Positions 19,881 to 29,700 of a stretch of 64,000 bases of DNA are shown here, one piece after another. Position 1 is the first letter of the stretch, and each line of letters starts with the position of its first letter. Origin of the DNA: an uncultured Bacilli bacterium (lineage in GTDB: Bacteria; Bacillota_I; Bacilli_A; ML615J-28; CAG-313); the NCBI GenBank assembly GCA_934133195.1, contig CAKPAZ010000005.1, positions 537 through 64,536 on the forward strand, given 5' to 3'. Under the pieces are notes generated by a model that was not told the DNA's origin, made no database searches, and saw only the letters and a list, made by a program, of their open reading frames with translations. The position numbers and the translations under genes are program-made.

Positions 19881-20978
19881 ATGGGATTAACAGCCGGAAT
19901 TGTAGGATTACCTAATGTAGGTAAATCTACATTATTTAATGCAATAACTAAAGCTGGAGCTTTCGCTGCAAACTTCCCCTTCGCAACCATTGAACCAAAT
20001 GTTGGCGTAGTAGAAGTTCATGATGAAAGACTTGATAAAATTGTAGAAATAGTAAAACCTCGTAGCATTGTACCTACATCATTTTCATTCACTGATATTG
20101 CGGGTCTAGTTAAAGGTGCAAGTCATGGTGAAGGATTAGGCAATCAATTCTTATCACATATTCGTGATGTTGACGCAATATGTCAAGTAGTAAGATGTTT
20201 TGATAGTGATCAAATTATTCACGTTGAAGGACGTGTTGATCCAATCGATGATATTGAAACAGTTAATTTAGAATTGATACTTGCAGATTTAGATGTAGTA
20301 GAAAAAAGAATTCCTAAAATTGAAAAAAGAGCATTAATGAAAGTTGATAAAGATTCAGTAGTAGAATATGGTATTTTAAAAAAGTTACAAGAAGGTTTTT
20401 TAAATAATATTCCTGCACGCTTAATTCCATTAACTGATGAAGAAAAACTCTTTATTAAAAATTATCAATTCTTAACAATGAAACCAATGCTTTATGTAGC
20501 AAATGTATCAGAAGATGATGTAGTTACTGGTAATGACTACACAAAGAAAGTAAAAGAATATGCTGATAAAACAAATTCTAAAGTTGTTATTATTAGTGCA
20601 AAAATAGAAGAAGAGCTTAGTGCCCTAGATGATGAAGAAAGACAAATGTTTTTAGAAGAACTTGGCATTAAAACAAGTGGCTTAGATGAACTAATTCATG
20701 AAGCATATGCTCTACTTGGCTTATGTACGTTCTTTACCGCAGGAGAAAAGGAATGCCGAGCTTGGACCTTTAAGAAAGGAATGAAAGCACCAGAATGTGC
20801 AGGTGTTATTCATAGTGATTTTGAAAAAGGCTTTATTAAAGCAGAAACCTACTCATATGACGATTTAATAACTTATGGTACTCCACAAAAAGTAAAAGAG
20901 GCAGGTAAAGTTAGACTTGAAGGAAAAGATTATGTCGTTCAAGATGGCGATATAATGCTATTTAGATTTAATATTTAA
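19881..20978 (+). CDS. ychF: Ribosome-binding ATPase YchF
   Basis: 365 aa. GLPNVGKST P-loop and a C-terminal TGS-like region (AWTFKKGMKAPECAGVIHSDFEKGFI). Confidence 0.95.
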   Translation: MGLTAGIVGLPNVGKSTLFNAITKAGAFAANFPFATIEPNVGVVEVHDERLDKIVEIVKPRSIVPTSFSFTDIAGLVKGASHGEGLGNQFLSHIRDVDAICQVVRCFDSDQIIHVEGRVDPIDDIETVNLELILADLDVVEKRIPKIEKRALMKVDKDSVVEYGILKKLQEGFLNNIPARLIPLTDEEKLFIKNYQFLTMKPMLYVANVSEDDVVTGNDYTKKVKEYADKTNSKVVIISAKIEEELSALDDEERQMFLEELGIKTSGLDELIHEAYALLGLCTFFTAGEKECRAWTFKKGMKAPECAGVIHSDFEKGFIKAETYSYDDLITYGTPQKVKEAGKVRLEGKDYVVQDGDIMLFRFNI

Positions 20979-20995
20979 CGAAAGGAGATAATAGT

Positions 20996-22525
20996 ATGAC
21001 ACCTACAAATCAATACGTGGATAAACTTGCAAAAAGAAATCCTGAACTATATAAATACTTTTTACGTGGCATTGAAATTCTGGAATTACTAAATTCAAAA
21101 ATGTATGAAGCTTACTTTGTCGGTGGTGTTGTACGAGACTACTTATTAGGTGTTGACTTTAAGGATATCGACATTGCGACAGCCGCGACACCTAAAGAAG
21201 TACTAGATTTATTTCCAGAAGGAGATGGACGTTTTTCAGAACTTGGATGTGTAGAAATTAGAGAAGGAAATATGCTATTTCAAATTACCACATTTAGAGA
21301 TGAAAAACTTGTAACCACAAGAAAAACTAAAAACATCCACTATTCAAAAAAATTAATAGATGATGTTTTAAGAAGAGATTTTACAATTAATGGATTGGCA
21401 CTATCTTCTAATCTTAATGTTATCGATATTGTTGGTGGCCAAAAAGATTTGAAAAAAGGCGTAATCCAAGTAATTGGTAAACCTAAAGTAAGATTTAAAG
21501 AAGATCCTCTAAGAATGCTTCGAGGCATTGAATTGATGGCAAGATATAACTTTGTACTATCTGGTTCAACAATAAGAGGAATGAAAAGATGTCGTAAGTA
21601 CATACCTGATATATCACAAATGAAATTATCAGAAATGCTACTTAAGATAATGAATGGAAAATATGCTAAAAATGCGCTATATCAAATGGCTAATATAGAT
21701 TTATTTAGCAGTGATGCTGTATATGCAAAATGGTTGCTTGGAATATGTCGTAAATATAAGAAAACTAATGTTACTGAAAAGTTAGCTTTATTATATTATA
21801 TGTATGGCTCTATTCCAAAAAATACTTGCTATACACATCAACAACTTCAAGAAATGGAAAAGCTCATTATGATGGCTAAAGTTCTTGATAAACAACCAAT
21901 TGATGGAATGATGCTTTATAAATATGGAAGTCCAATTGTTTTATCTGCTAACTATATGCTCGCAAGCATGGGTGGAAAATATAAAGACAAAGGTAGATTT
22001 ATTAAAAAACTAGATAAACGTCTACCACTACATGATCGTAGAGATTTTAGATTTACCGCAGAAGAATTGATTCAAATGTTGGATGGTAAAACAGGACCAA
22101 AAATTACAGAGATTATGGAACTCTTAATTGATAAGGTAATTCGTGGGGAAATACTTAATAATAATACAATAATACGACAAGAAGCAATGCGAATAATTGC
22201 ATTAGAAAATCTTGATAATCCGACACCAAAACCAAAACCTGAAGAGCCACAACCAGTTAAACAGGACCCTACTCCTACACCAGAACCTCAAGTTACTGTT
22301 ACACCAAGAGTTGAAGTTGTTGTTGACGTTGAACAAATAAAAGCTAAGTACGCTGAAGAATACAAGAGTTTATATGCATCATATATGCGTTCCGTTCAAG
22401 GATATCAATCAATGTCTGAAGAAGAAAAACAAGAAGTAAGTCGTAGCGTAAAAAATAGAGTACGTAATGAATTACTTTCTAAAAATGCAAATTATAATAT
22501 TTTAGTTGAAAGGGGAATAATCTAA
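20996..22525 (+). CDS. cca: Class II tRNA nucleotidyltransferase (CCA-adding enzyme family) with a C-terminal extension
   Basis: GGVVRDYLLG...DIDIAT, RRDFTINGLA and EDPLRMLR motifs. It is 509 aa against about 400 aa typical, with a Pro-rich linker from residue 408. Confidence 0.8.
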   Translation: MTPTNQYVDKLAKRNPELYKYFLRGIEILELLNSKMYEAYFVGGVVRDYLLGVDFKDIDIATAATPKEVLDLFPEGDGRFSELGCVEIREGNMLFQITTFRDEKLVTTRKTKNIHYSKKLIDDVLRRDFTINGLALSSNLNVIDIVGGQKDLKKGVIQVIGKPKVRFKEDPLRMLRGIELMARYNFVLSGSTIRGMKRCRKYIPDISQMKLSEMLLKIMNGKYAKNALYQMANIDLFSSDAVYAKWLLGICRKYKKTNVTEKLALLYYMYGSIPKNTCYTHQQLQEMEKLIMMAKVLDKQPIDGMMLYKYGSPIVLSANYMLASMGGKYKDKGRFIKKLDKRLPLHDRRDFRFTAEELIQMLDGKTGPKITEIMELLIDKVIRGEILNNNTIIRQEAMRIIALENLDNPTPKPKPEEPQPVKQDPTPTPEPQVTVTPRVEVVVDVEQIKAKYAEEYKSLYASYMRSVQGYQSMSEEEKQEVSRSVKNRVRNELLSKNANYNILVERGII

Positions 22526-23460
22526 TGAGAAAATTTAATGATATGAAAATTGGTGAAGATGTATCTTTTTATGCATTAGTGGAAGGATTTCAACTTCGTT
22601 ATACCCCAAATAAAAGTGCATATTATAGTGCAAGTCTATCAGATGGTGATCAAATAGTTGACGCAAGAATTTGGGATACTGGCATCGTTGAAAATGTAAA
22701 TATGACAAAAGGCGATATATATTACTTTACAGCTCATATTAATGAATATGCCGGTAAAACTCAATTTGTGATTAAAGCTGCGCGTAGTATTACTGAAGAT
22801 GAAATTGATAAAAAAATATTTTATCGTTCTGCTCCAATAACAGAAGAAGCTTTAAGAATGGAAATAAAACGTTATATTAATAAAATTGAAAATCCTATTT
22901 TAAAAGAACTTGTAATTCAAATGATTAGTAAGGTAGCAAATGATTATTTTACTTTCCCTGCTGCGATGTCTATGCATCATAATTATGCATCAGGCCTTGC
23001 TTATCATACATATACAATGTTAAGACTTGCTGATACATATTTAGAATTATATCCAGGAATGAGCCAAGACTTGTTATATGCAGGTACAATTGTTCATGAT
23101 ATTGGTAAAACCAAAGAATTAAGTGGTATTCATGGAACTGTTTACACTGAAGAAGGAAACCTTTTAGGCCATATAGTTATTGGCTTACAAATGGTTGCGT
23201 CCGTCGCTACTACCCTTGGTGTAGAAGACACTGAAGAAGTAAAGGCATTATCTCACTTAATTGCTTCTCATCATGGAGAACTTGAATTTGGAAGTCCAAA
23301 AGAACCTGGAATGCTAGAAGCATTTGCTCTTCATTTTATGGATCTTGCGGATGCAAAAATGACAGCCGTATCTACAGAAGTAGTAAAAACTGAAAAAGGT
23401 AAAAGCACTGGTCCAATTGGAAGTATTGGTAGAAAAACAATATATCGCGCAAACTTATAA
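22525..23460 (+). CDS. yhaM: 3'-5' exoribonuclease YhaM (OB-fold plus HD domain)
   Basis: 311 aa. N-terminal OB-fold-like region and HD motif block GTIVHDIGK...ASHHG. The start overlaps the cca stop (TAATG). Confidence 0.8.
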   Translation: MRKFNDMKIGEDVSFYALVEGFQLRYTPNKSAYYSASLSDGDQIVDARIWDTGIVENVNMTKGDIYYFTAHINEYAGKTQFVIKAARSITEDEIDKKIFYRSAPITEEALRMEIKRYINKIENPILKELVIQMISKVANDYFTFPAAMSMHHNYASGLAYHTYTMLRLADTYLELYPGMSQDLLYAGTIVHDIGKTKELSGIHGTVYTEEGNLLGHIVIGLQMVASVATTLGVEDTEEVKALSHLIASHHGELEFGSPKEPGMLEAFALHFMDLADAKMTAVSTEVVKTEKGKSTGPIGSIGRKTIYRANL

Positions 23461-23496
23461 AATAAAAAAGCTGAGCGTTAATTGAAATACAAAAAT

Positions 23497-23530
23497 AAAT
23501 GTAGACACAAAAAAGTGTCTACATTTTCTT
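23497..23530. terminator. Bidirectional terminator
   Basis: AAATGTAGACAC / GTGTCTACATTT 12-bp stem, AAAAAA loop, flanked by A/T runs, between convergent genes. Confidence 0.8.
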
Positions 23531-23544
23531 GATTATTTCATTAA

Positions 23545-24075
23545 TTACTCAGCTTTATTTTCGTCTATAAATGTATATTTAATGTCCATAGCAATAAAAT
23601 TTTCAATACGTCTAAATTTTAAAAGAGTGTTAGCTCTTTGTACAAATAATGTATCAACCGCTTCCCAAATAAATACCCAGGCAAAAATATTAATACACTC
23701 AGTTAAGACTGCTCCAATATTTAGATTTGATAATATAATCATTACTGATAAAGCAATTACGCCAATTATAATACATGAAATACCAAAAATTTTTTTCCTT
23801 TTGATATCTCTTAATAAATCGTGATATTGAAGTGTATAATAATTTTTAATTGCTTTATTGAATGTTTGCATATCATTATCACTCAATCTATTACAATGAA
23901 TGTTTAATGATAATAAAGTCTTAGGATGAAATTCACTTGCACAATTTTCTAGAAAGTTTGCTACCTCATTGGAAATTACAGGTTTTCCTTCTAGTGAATA
24001 TGGTGATAAAAAATTTGATGTATCATTAATGGCCATATCAATACTAGATTTTTCAATTATAATATTCTTTTTCAT
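23545..24075 (-). CDS. Hypothetical membrane protein (176 aa, two central/C-terminal TM helices)
   Basis: ATG at 24075 is preceded by AAGGAGTT. It is a standalone unit between two terminators. No family was recognised. Confidence 0.55.
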   Translation of the reverse strand: MKKNIIIEKSSIDMAINDTSNFLSPYSLEGKPVISNEVANFLENCASEFHPKTLLSLNIHCNRLSDNDMQTFNKAIKNYYTLQYHDLLRDIKRKKIFGISCIIIGVIALSVMIILSNLNIGAVLTECINIFAWVFIWEAVDTLFVQRANTLLKFRRIENFIAMDIKYTFIDENKAE

Positions 24076-24141
24076 AATTAACTCCTTAATATACAATTAA
24101 TTATATTATATTAATAAAAAAAAGTCTAGAACCTAGCAAAT

Positions 24142-24174
24142 AAAAAAATAGCTATACCTCAAAAGTATAGCTAT
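24142..24174 (-). terminator. Terminator of the two-gene giant-lipoprotein operon
   Basis: ATAGCTATAC / GTATAGCTAT stem followed by a T-run on the minus strand. Confidence 0.75.
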
Positions 24175-24183
24175 TTTATTTAA

Positions 24184-26730
24184 TTATTCAGCTACTGTAT
24201 AGTTATCAGCAATTAAATCTAATAAGCCATTAGCCATTTCTTCATTAGCCCATTTAGTATCTTTGATTTGTTCTTTACATAAATCTAAAATAGTATTCAT
24301 AGTTTTAGCACCAGCTACATTATTAATCTTTAATAGAGCATTAATAGCAGGAACATAGAAATTAGTAATAGCAGTAGATTTAGTTGATGTACCTTTTTCT
24401 ACATATTCATCGTATTCAAGTAAAGTAATATTTACTTGTTTTTCTGTTGAATTTGTATAAGCAGGAGCATTAGCTTTAATTATACTTAATTTATAAGCAG
24501 TTGAAACATTTGCATCTTCATCACTTGATTGTGCAAAGTAGAATACATCAGATGTAAAGTCAAGTGCAGTTACGAAATGACCAGTATCATTCTTAGTATA
24601 ATGATATCCAGGGTCAAGTGATTGACCTGTAATCTTAGTACCAATGTTTTTACCTTCTTCATCAGTTAATTCATCATAATTATTAATCTTATCATATAAA
24701 GTTTTAATTTCATTTTTAATTGCTTCATTGATAGATGAAGAATTAGTGTAAGAAGTAGAAGTAACAACACTTAAACGAAGACCTGCAGCTTTAAATTTAC
24801 CCCATACAACATGGCCATTAGAAGCAAGTTTATAAGAAACAGCAGTTTCTTGTAAAGCAGTTTCTAAAGTTTTACCAAGTTTAGAATTCTTAGTTACACT
24901 TTCTTCAGCAATTTCATATACCTTTTCAATAAGTTCAGCAGATAGTGGATCAGTATCAACACCTTCAAGATATTCATCAGCTACGCCATTGTTATCTTTG
25001 TCATAGTAAGCCATAACACCGATAATGCTAGCGCTGAAGTATTCTTTAAGAAGTTCTCTCATCTTTTCTTGTACAGCATCATCTGTTTCAACAGTTTTTG
25101 TTGTACCGCTTTCTTCATCTTCAACTTCTTTAGTTGAAACCCATAATGATCTTGCTAATTTATTTTTAGCATAAGAATAAATGCTTCCATCAAGGTTGAA
25201 CATTAATTCTTTTTCATCTTGAACACCAAGGTAATCACGTAAGAAGTTTTCCCAACCATAGTTAGCAGGATAACCATTTTCTTCATAGTTGCCTTGTTCA
25301 AATGCAGTTTTATATTTAGTTACATCTGATTTATAGAATTCATCATATTTACTTTGATTTAAGATTTCACCAGTTTGATAGTTGTAAATAGTATTGTAGT
25401 TTTCATTTGTTAAAACAACATATTGTTGTAATAATAATAAAGATATAATTGAACCATATTTTTTAGTTAACTTTTCAAATAATTGTTGTGCAGTTAATTC
25501 ATATGTTTTTCCTTCATATTCAAAACTTGCAACAACTGTCTTGCTTTCATCATATGTTACTTTGTAAGCATCATATTCACTAATTGATAATGCTGAGTAA
25601 GCAGCGTTGTAATCAACAACATATTTAGTTTCAAGACCTTGATCATAAATCTTTAGATTGATTTTATTACGTTCTTCATTTAAAACTTTTGTAATATAAT
25701 CATTGCTAATTGATTGTTCAACTAAAGAGTGGAAAATTTCATTCATTTCATCTTCAGTTAAATCTTTGAATTCTTTAGAACCATCACTAACTTCATCAAG
25801 TTTAATAGCTAAGAAACAACGACTTCCGTATGAAATTGGACCATGAGTATATGATTTATTTTCATCTTCAGTTAATTTTTTTAAGTCTGCAACTCTTGAA
25901 GCAATAACTGAAGAAATATCTGTTAACTCTTCATAAGTATATGAAGTTTTAACTTCTGATTCTTCACCATTGATTGCTTGATACATTCTTGTGAAAACTT
26001 CTTCAAGAGATTTACCATTAGTATTCCAACTACTATTTAAATCTTTAAGTTCTACACCAGCAAGTTCCATAACTTCTTTAGCTTGTTTTTCAGAATCAAA
26101 TGTTATAATGATTGCTTTATATGTAGGACGATGTTGTCCTTCATAGTAAGATTTGTAATCATCTTCAGTAAAATAATTTTCTTCATTTTCATCATCAGCG
26201 TTATAATCTTCAACAAATTTCTTGAATGCACTAACAGCAAAACTCATTCTTACATATTCATCATGATAATATTGAGTCCATTCTTCTTCAGTTTTTAAGC
26301 CGATAGCACGCATATTCTTTTTGAATTCATTAAGCTTCTTTTCTTTTTCTACAGGATCAGTAGGAATGTCAGCTTTTGTGTTATCTTCTTCATCAACACC
26401 GTAAATGATTTGATCAAGATTTACTTTGAAAGTATCTTCATTATAGTGTGAATCATAAACAGAAGGGTCAGTACCTAATATAATTTTGTCAATCCAACTA
26501 GTTAATTCATCTAATCCATATGATTGAACTAAATGATTGTAAATAGCTTGATTAGTTACTTTATAATTTCCCATTTCTACAAATGAAGCAGTAGGATTTT
26601 CAATAGTTGGTGTTACACTAGGATAAGGTTTTTTAGAATTATCCTTTTTACAACTAACTACAGTAAAAAGACAAATAATAGCTAATAGACAAGGAAGAAT
26701 GCGTTTGAATAATAATATATTTCTTTTCAT
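24184..26730 (-). CDS. Large lipoprotein (848 aa) built from two PrsA/SurA-like foldase-type modules (here called LpA)
   Basis: Signal peptide with lipobox VVSC. Paralogous to the upstream gene. PrsA-N-like blocks YKVTNQAIYNHLVQSYGLDEL and TVVASFEYEGKTYELTAQQLFEKLTKKYG. ATG at 26730 lies 7 nt after GGAGGA. Confidence 0.6.
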   Translation of the reverse strand: MKRNILLFKRILPCLLAIICLFTVVSCKKDNSKKPYPSVTPTIENPTASFVEMGNYKVTNQAIYNHLVQSYGLDELTSWIDKIILGTDPSVYDSHYNEDTFKVNLDQIIYGVDEEDNTKADIPTDPVEKEKKLNEFKKNMRAIGLKTEEEWTQYYHDEYVRMSFAVSAFKKFVEDYNADDENEENYFTEDDYKSYYEGQHRPTYKAIIITFDSEKQAKEVMELAGVELKDLNSSWNTNGKSLEEVFTRMYQAINGEESEVKTSYTYEELTDISSVIASRVADLKKLTEDENKSYTHGPISYGSRCFLAIKLDEVSDGSKEFKDLTEDEMNEIFHSLVEQSISNDYITKVLNEERNKINLKIYDQGLETKYVVDYNAAYSALSISEYDAYKVTYDESKTVVASFEYEGKTYELTAQQLFEKLTKKYGSIISLLLLQQYVVLTNENYNTIYNYQTGEILNQSKYDEFYKSDVTKYKTAFEQGNYEENGYPANYGWENFLRDYLGVQDEKELMFNLDGSIYSYAKNKLARSLWVSTKEVEDEESGTTKTVETDDAVQEKMRELLKEYFSASIIGVMAYYDKDNNGVADEYLEGVDTDPLSAELIEKVYEIAEESVTKNSKLGKTLETALQETAVSYKLASNGHVVWGKFKAAGLRLSVVTSTSYTNSSSINEAIKNEIKTLYDKINNYDELTDEEGKNIGTKITGQSLDPGYHYTKNDTGHFVTALDFTSDVFYFAQSSDEDANVSTAYKLSIIKANAPAYTNSTEKQVNITLLEYDEYVEKGTSTKSTAITNFYVPAINALLKINNVAGAKTMNTILDLCKEQIKDTKWANEEMANGLLDLIADNYTVAE

Positions 26731-26744
26731 CTTTTTTTCCTCCA

Positions 26745-29700
26745 TTATTTATTTAAATCTTCTTCGCTAACTTTAATAATAATATCTAAGATTCTATTAA
26801 ATTCAGCAGAGTCATCAGAAACATTAATACCACCCTTATTATCTTTTAGGTATTGAATGAACTTAGCAGATAAAACATCAGAACCAGATAATTCAGTAAC
26901 AGCATTAGTATACCAAGTATCAATTCTTGATTTAATTTCTGTATCTAGAGTATAACCACTTGTATATTCGATATCATATTCATCTTTTAATGTTTTAACA
27001 GCTTCATCATAAATTTCTTTCTTATATGTAACTGTAGCATTAGCATTGTTAGATGCTTTTTGAACTAAGTTATAAATTAATACATCTTTTTCACTAGGAA
27101 GTTCAGAAATATCAGTTACGCCTAAAGCGATAATCTTGTGATAACCATAAGTAGTTTCAGTAGTATTTTTAGAAATATAAGGAACATCAAATGTGCCTTC
27201 ATAACCAGCTTCTTTAATATCTTTATACATTGTTTCAAGTTCATCTAAGAATTCTTCAGCAAGACTTGAAGTGTTACTATAGTCTTGAGCACTTTCAACT
27301 TTTAGCATTAAACCAGCTTTTTTGAATTTAGCCCAATAGTTGTATGTATAAATTGTATCAAGTTCAGTTGGAGCACTTAATGGTTCTTCAAAACCAGCAT
27401 TTTTATAATTTGTAACAATTTCATTTAATTGATTGTAAATACCACTCTTATCAGTAGAATCAGCTAATTCTAATACTTTTGCAAGTAATTCATCAACTAA
27501 AGCTCTTTGTTCATCTGTCCAAGTAGAAGTTTCAAATTCATAATTGTCATCATCAATTGTGTGTTTGTCACTTTGTGTATCTACTTCACTATCAAAATCA
27601 TTATCAACATAAACCATAAGGTTAACTACTTTTAAGCCATACCATTTTTCTTGAGCTTCTTTCATCTTCTTATAAACATCAGTTTCTTCCCAAGTGCCTT
27701 GACCAGCAGTTGTATATAAACTTTCTGTATAAGCAGTTAATGCTTTTGTATAAACGGAACCACCAAAATTAGCATTTGTTAATAATTCTTCATCAGAATA
27801 AGAACCAAAGTAATCATGTTTAAAGTTATTCCAACCATATTTAGCAGGGAAGTTAGGAGTAAATCCATAATATGCTAAGTATGAATATGTAAAGTAATTT
27901 AATTCAAAATTCTTACGGAATCCACCAATTTCATTTTCAAGTAATTCTCTAAATGTTTTACTATCTTTAATATCATTTGTATATGAATTATAAATAGTAT
28001 TAAAGCTACTTGAAATAATACGATATTGGTTAATTAGATCAACAGCAGTAGAAACAGCATATTTAGCTTTTAATTCTTCAAATAAAGTTTCAGCAGAAAT
28101 TTCAACATCTTTTTTATTTACAGTAAATCTAGCAACAACTGTAGATTCTTTTTTCTTTGAATCAACATATTTATCATAATCAGTAAGTTTTAATGTAGTT
28201 TCATAGAAGTAAGTATAACGATAATCATAAATAGCTTCTAAGTAACGATCAAAAATTTGTAAATTAGCTTCTTGACGTTTTTGATAAATCATCTTAGAAA
28301 TATTATTGTCAGTTAATTCAGCTTCTAATAATTTTTCTTCAATTTCAGCTTTAATATCAGCATCATTATAATCATTAATTACTTGTTTTCCCCATTTGAT
28401 TGCTAAAACATAATAATCACCACATTTTTGAGGTTTGATTGTATATGTCTTATAGAATTTACTTGCATCATCTGATAATGGGTATGTAGTAGAATCAACT
28501 TTTAAAATAGATGATAATGAAGAGTTAATATCAGAAAGTTCTTTTGTAGACCAAACTAATTTAACACCTTTTTCTTCTAATTCATCAAGTTTTTCTTTTG
28601 AAAAACTATAAGTGTAGAATGGATCAACATCAGCAACAGTTAATGTAGTATCTTCATCAGGTTCAGTTGCAGGTTCAACAGTAAATTCAAATGTTGATTT
28701 AGATTCATCTAAGTCATCATACTTAACTGTTGCAGTAACAGTAACCTTAACATTTTTAGCATCTTTACCATCTTCACCAACAGGAGAAGTATACACTAAA
28801 GTTTTACCATCTTCGCCTAAAACTAAATTTGAGTTTTCAGCAACAGACCAAGTAATTGTAGCAACATCACTTAAACCGTTTAATTTAACTTCTAGAGGAA
28901 GAATTACATTTCCTTTAACAGTTTTGTGATCTTCTAATACACTCTTAATAGCAGCGTTAATCTTTGATAAAGTCTTTTCTTTTGAAATAGTTTCAGTATA
29001 GTCATCACTTGAAATTTGTTTATCAAGATATTTATATACTAAATTATATAATTCAAAGAATTTATCCATTACTTCAGTAGAAGATAAGAATTCACTAGCA
29101 GGAATAGTTGTATCATTAGAATTGTTATAATCATAACTTGCTTTAACCCAACCATCTTTGCCAAGTACAACACTATTAGTATTAATACCAACAGAACTCA
29201 TAGCTTTTAAAGCAGCTTCTTCACTTGTGAAAGGAATAAATAAACCAATTACATTGTCAGAATAGTTTTCTTCGTAATATTCTTTGAATTTGTCTTCATC
29301 AAAGTAACCATCTTTACCATCTTTTTCACGACTAGCTTTTAATTCAGCTTTGTAAACTTCTTTAGCAGCTTCTCTACGTGCATATTGTAAAGCATAGAAT
29401 TTACGAACAACTGTCCAAACAGATGAATCTAATTTGTAAGCATCTTTATCAGCTTCATCAACACTCTTTATAAGGTTGTTCATTAATAAAGAATTAATTA
29501 AATCATCCCATTTTTCTTGGTTAGCTTTTTTAATTCCTTCTTCATCAGTAGAAGTAAGAACTTTTGTAAATACACTTTCCATAATGTATTTATCTAAACC
29601 ACTAAGTTCATCAAGTGAAGTAGATTTAACGTTTACTTCATTTACTTTTTCTTCGTAAATCTTACTATCAACAAGTCTTAGTAATTCATCAACACCATAG

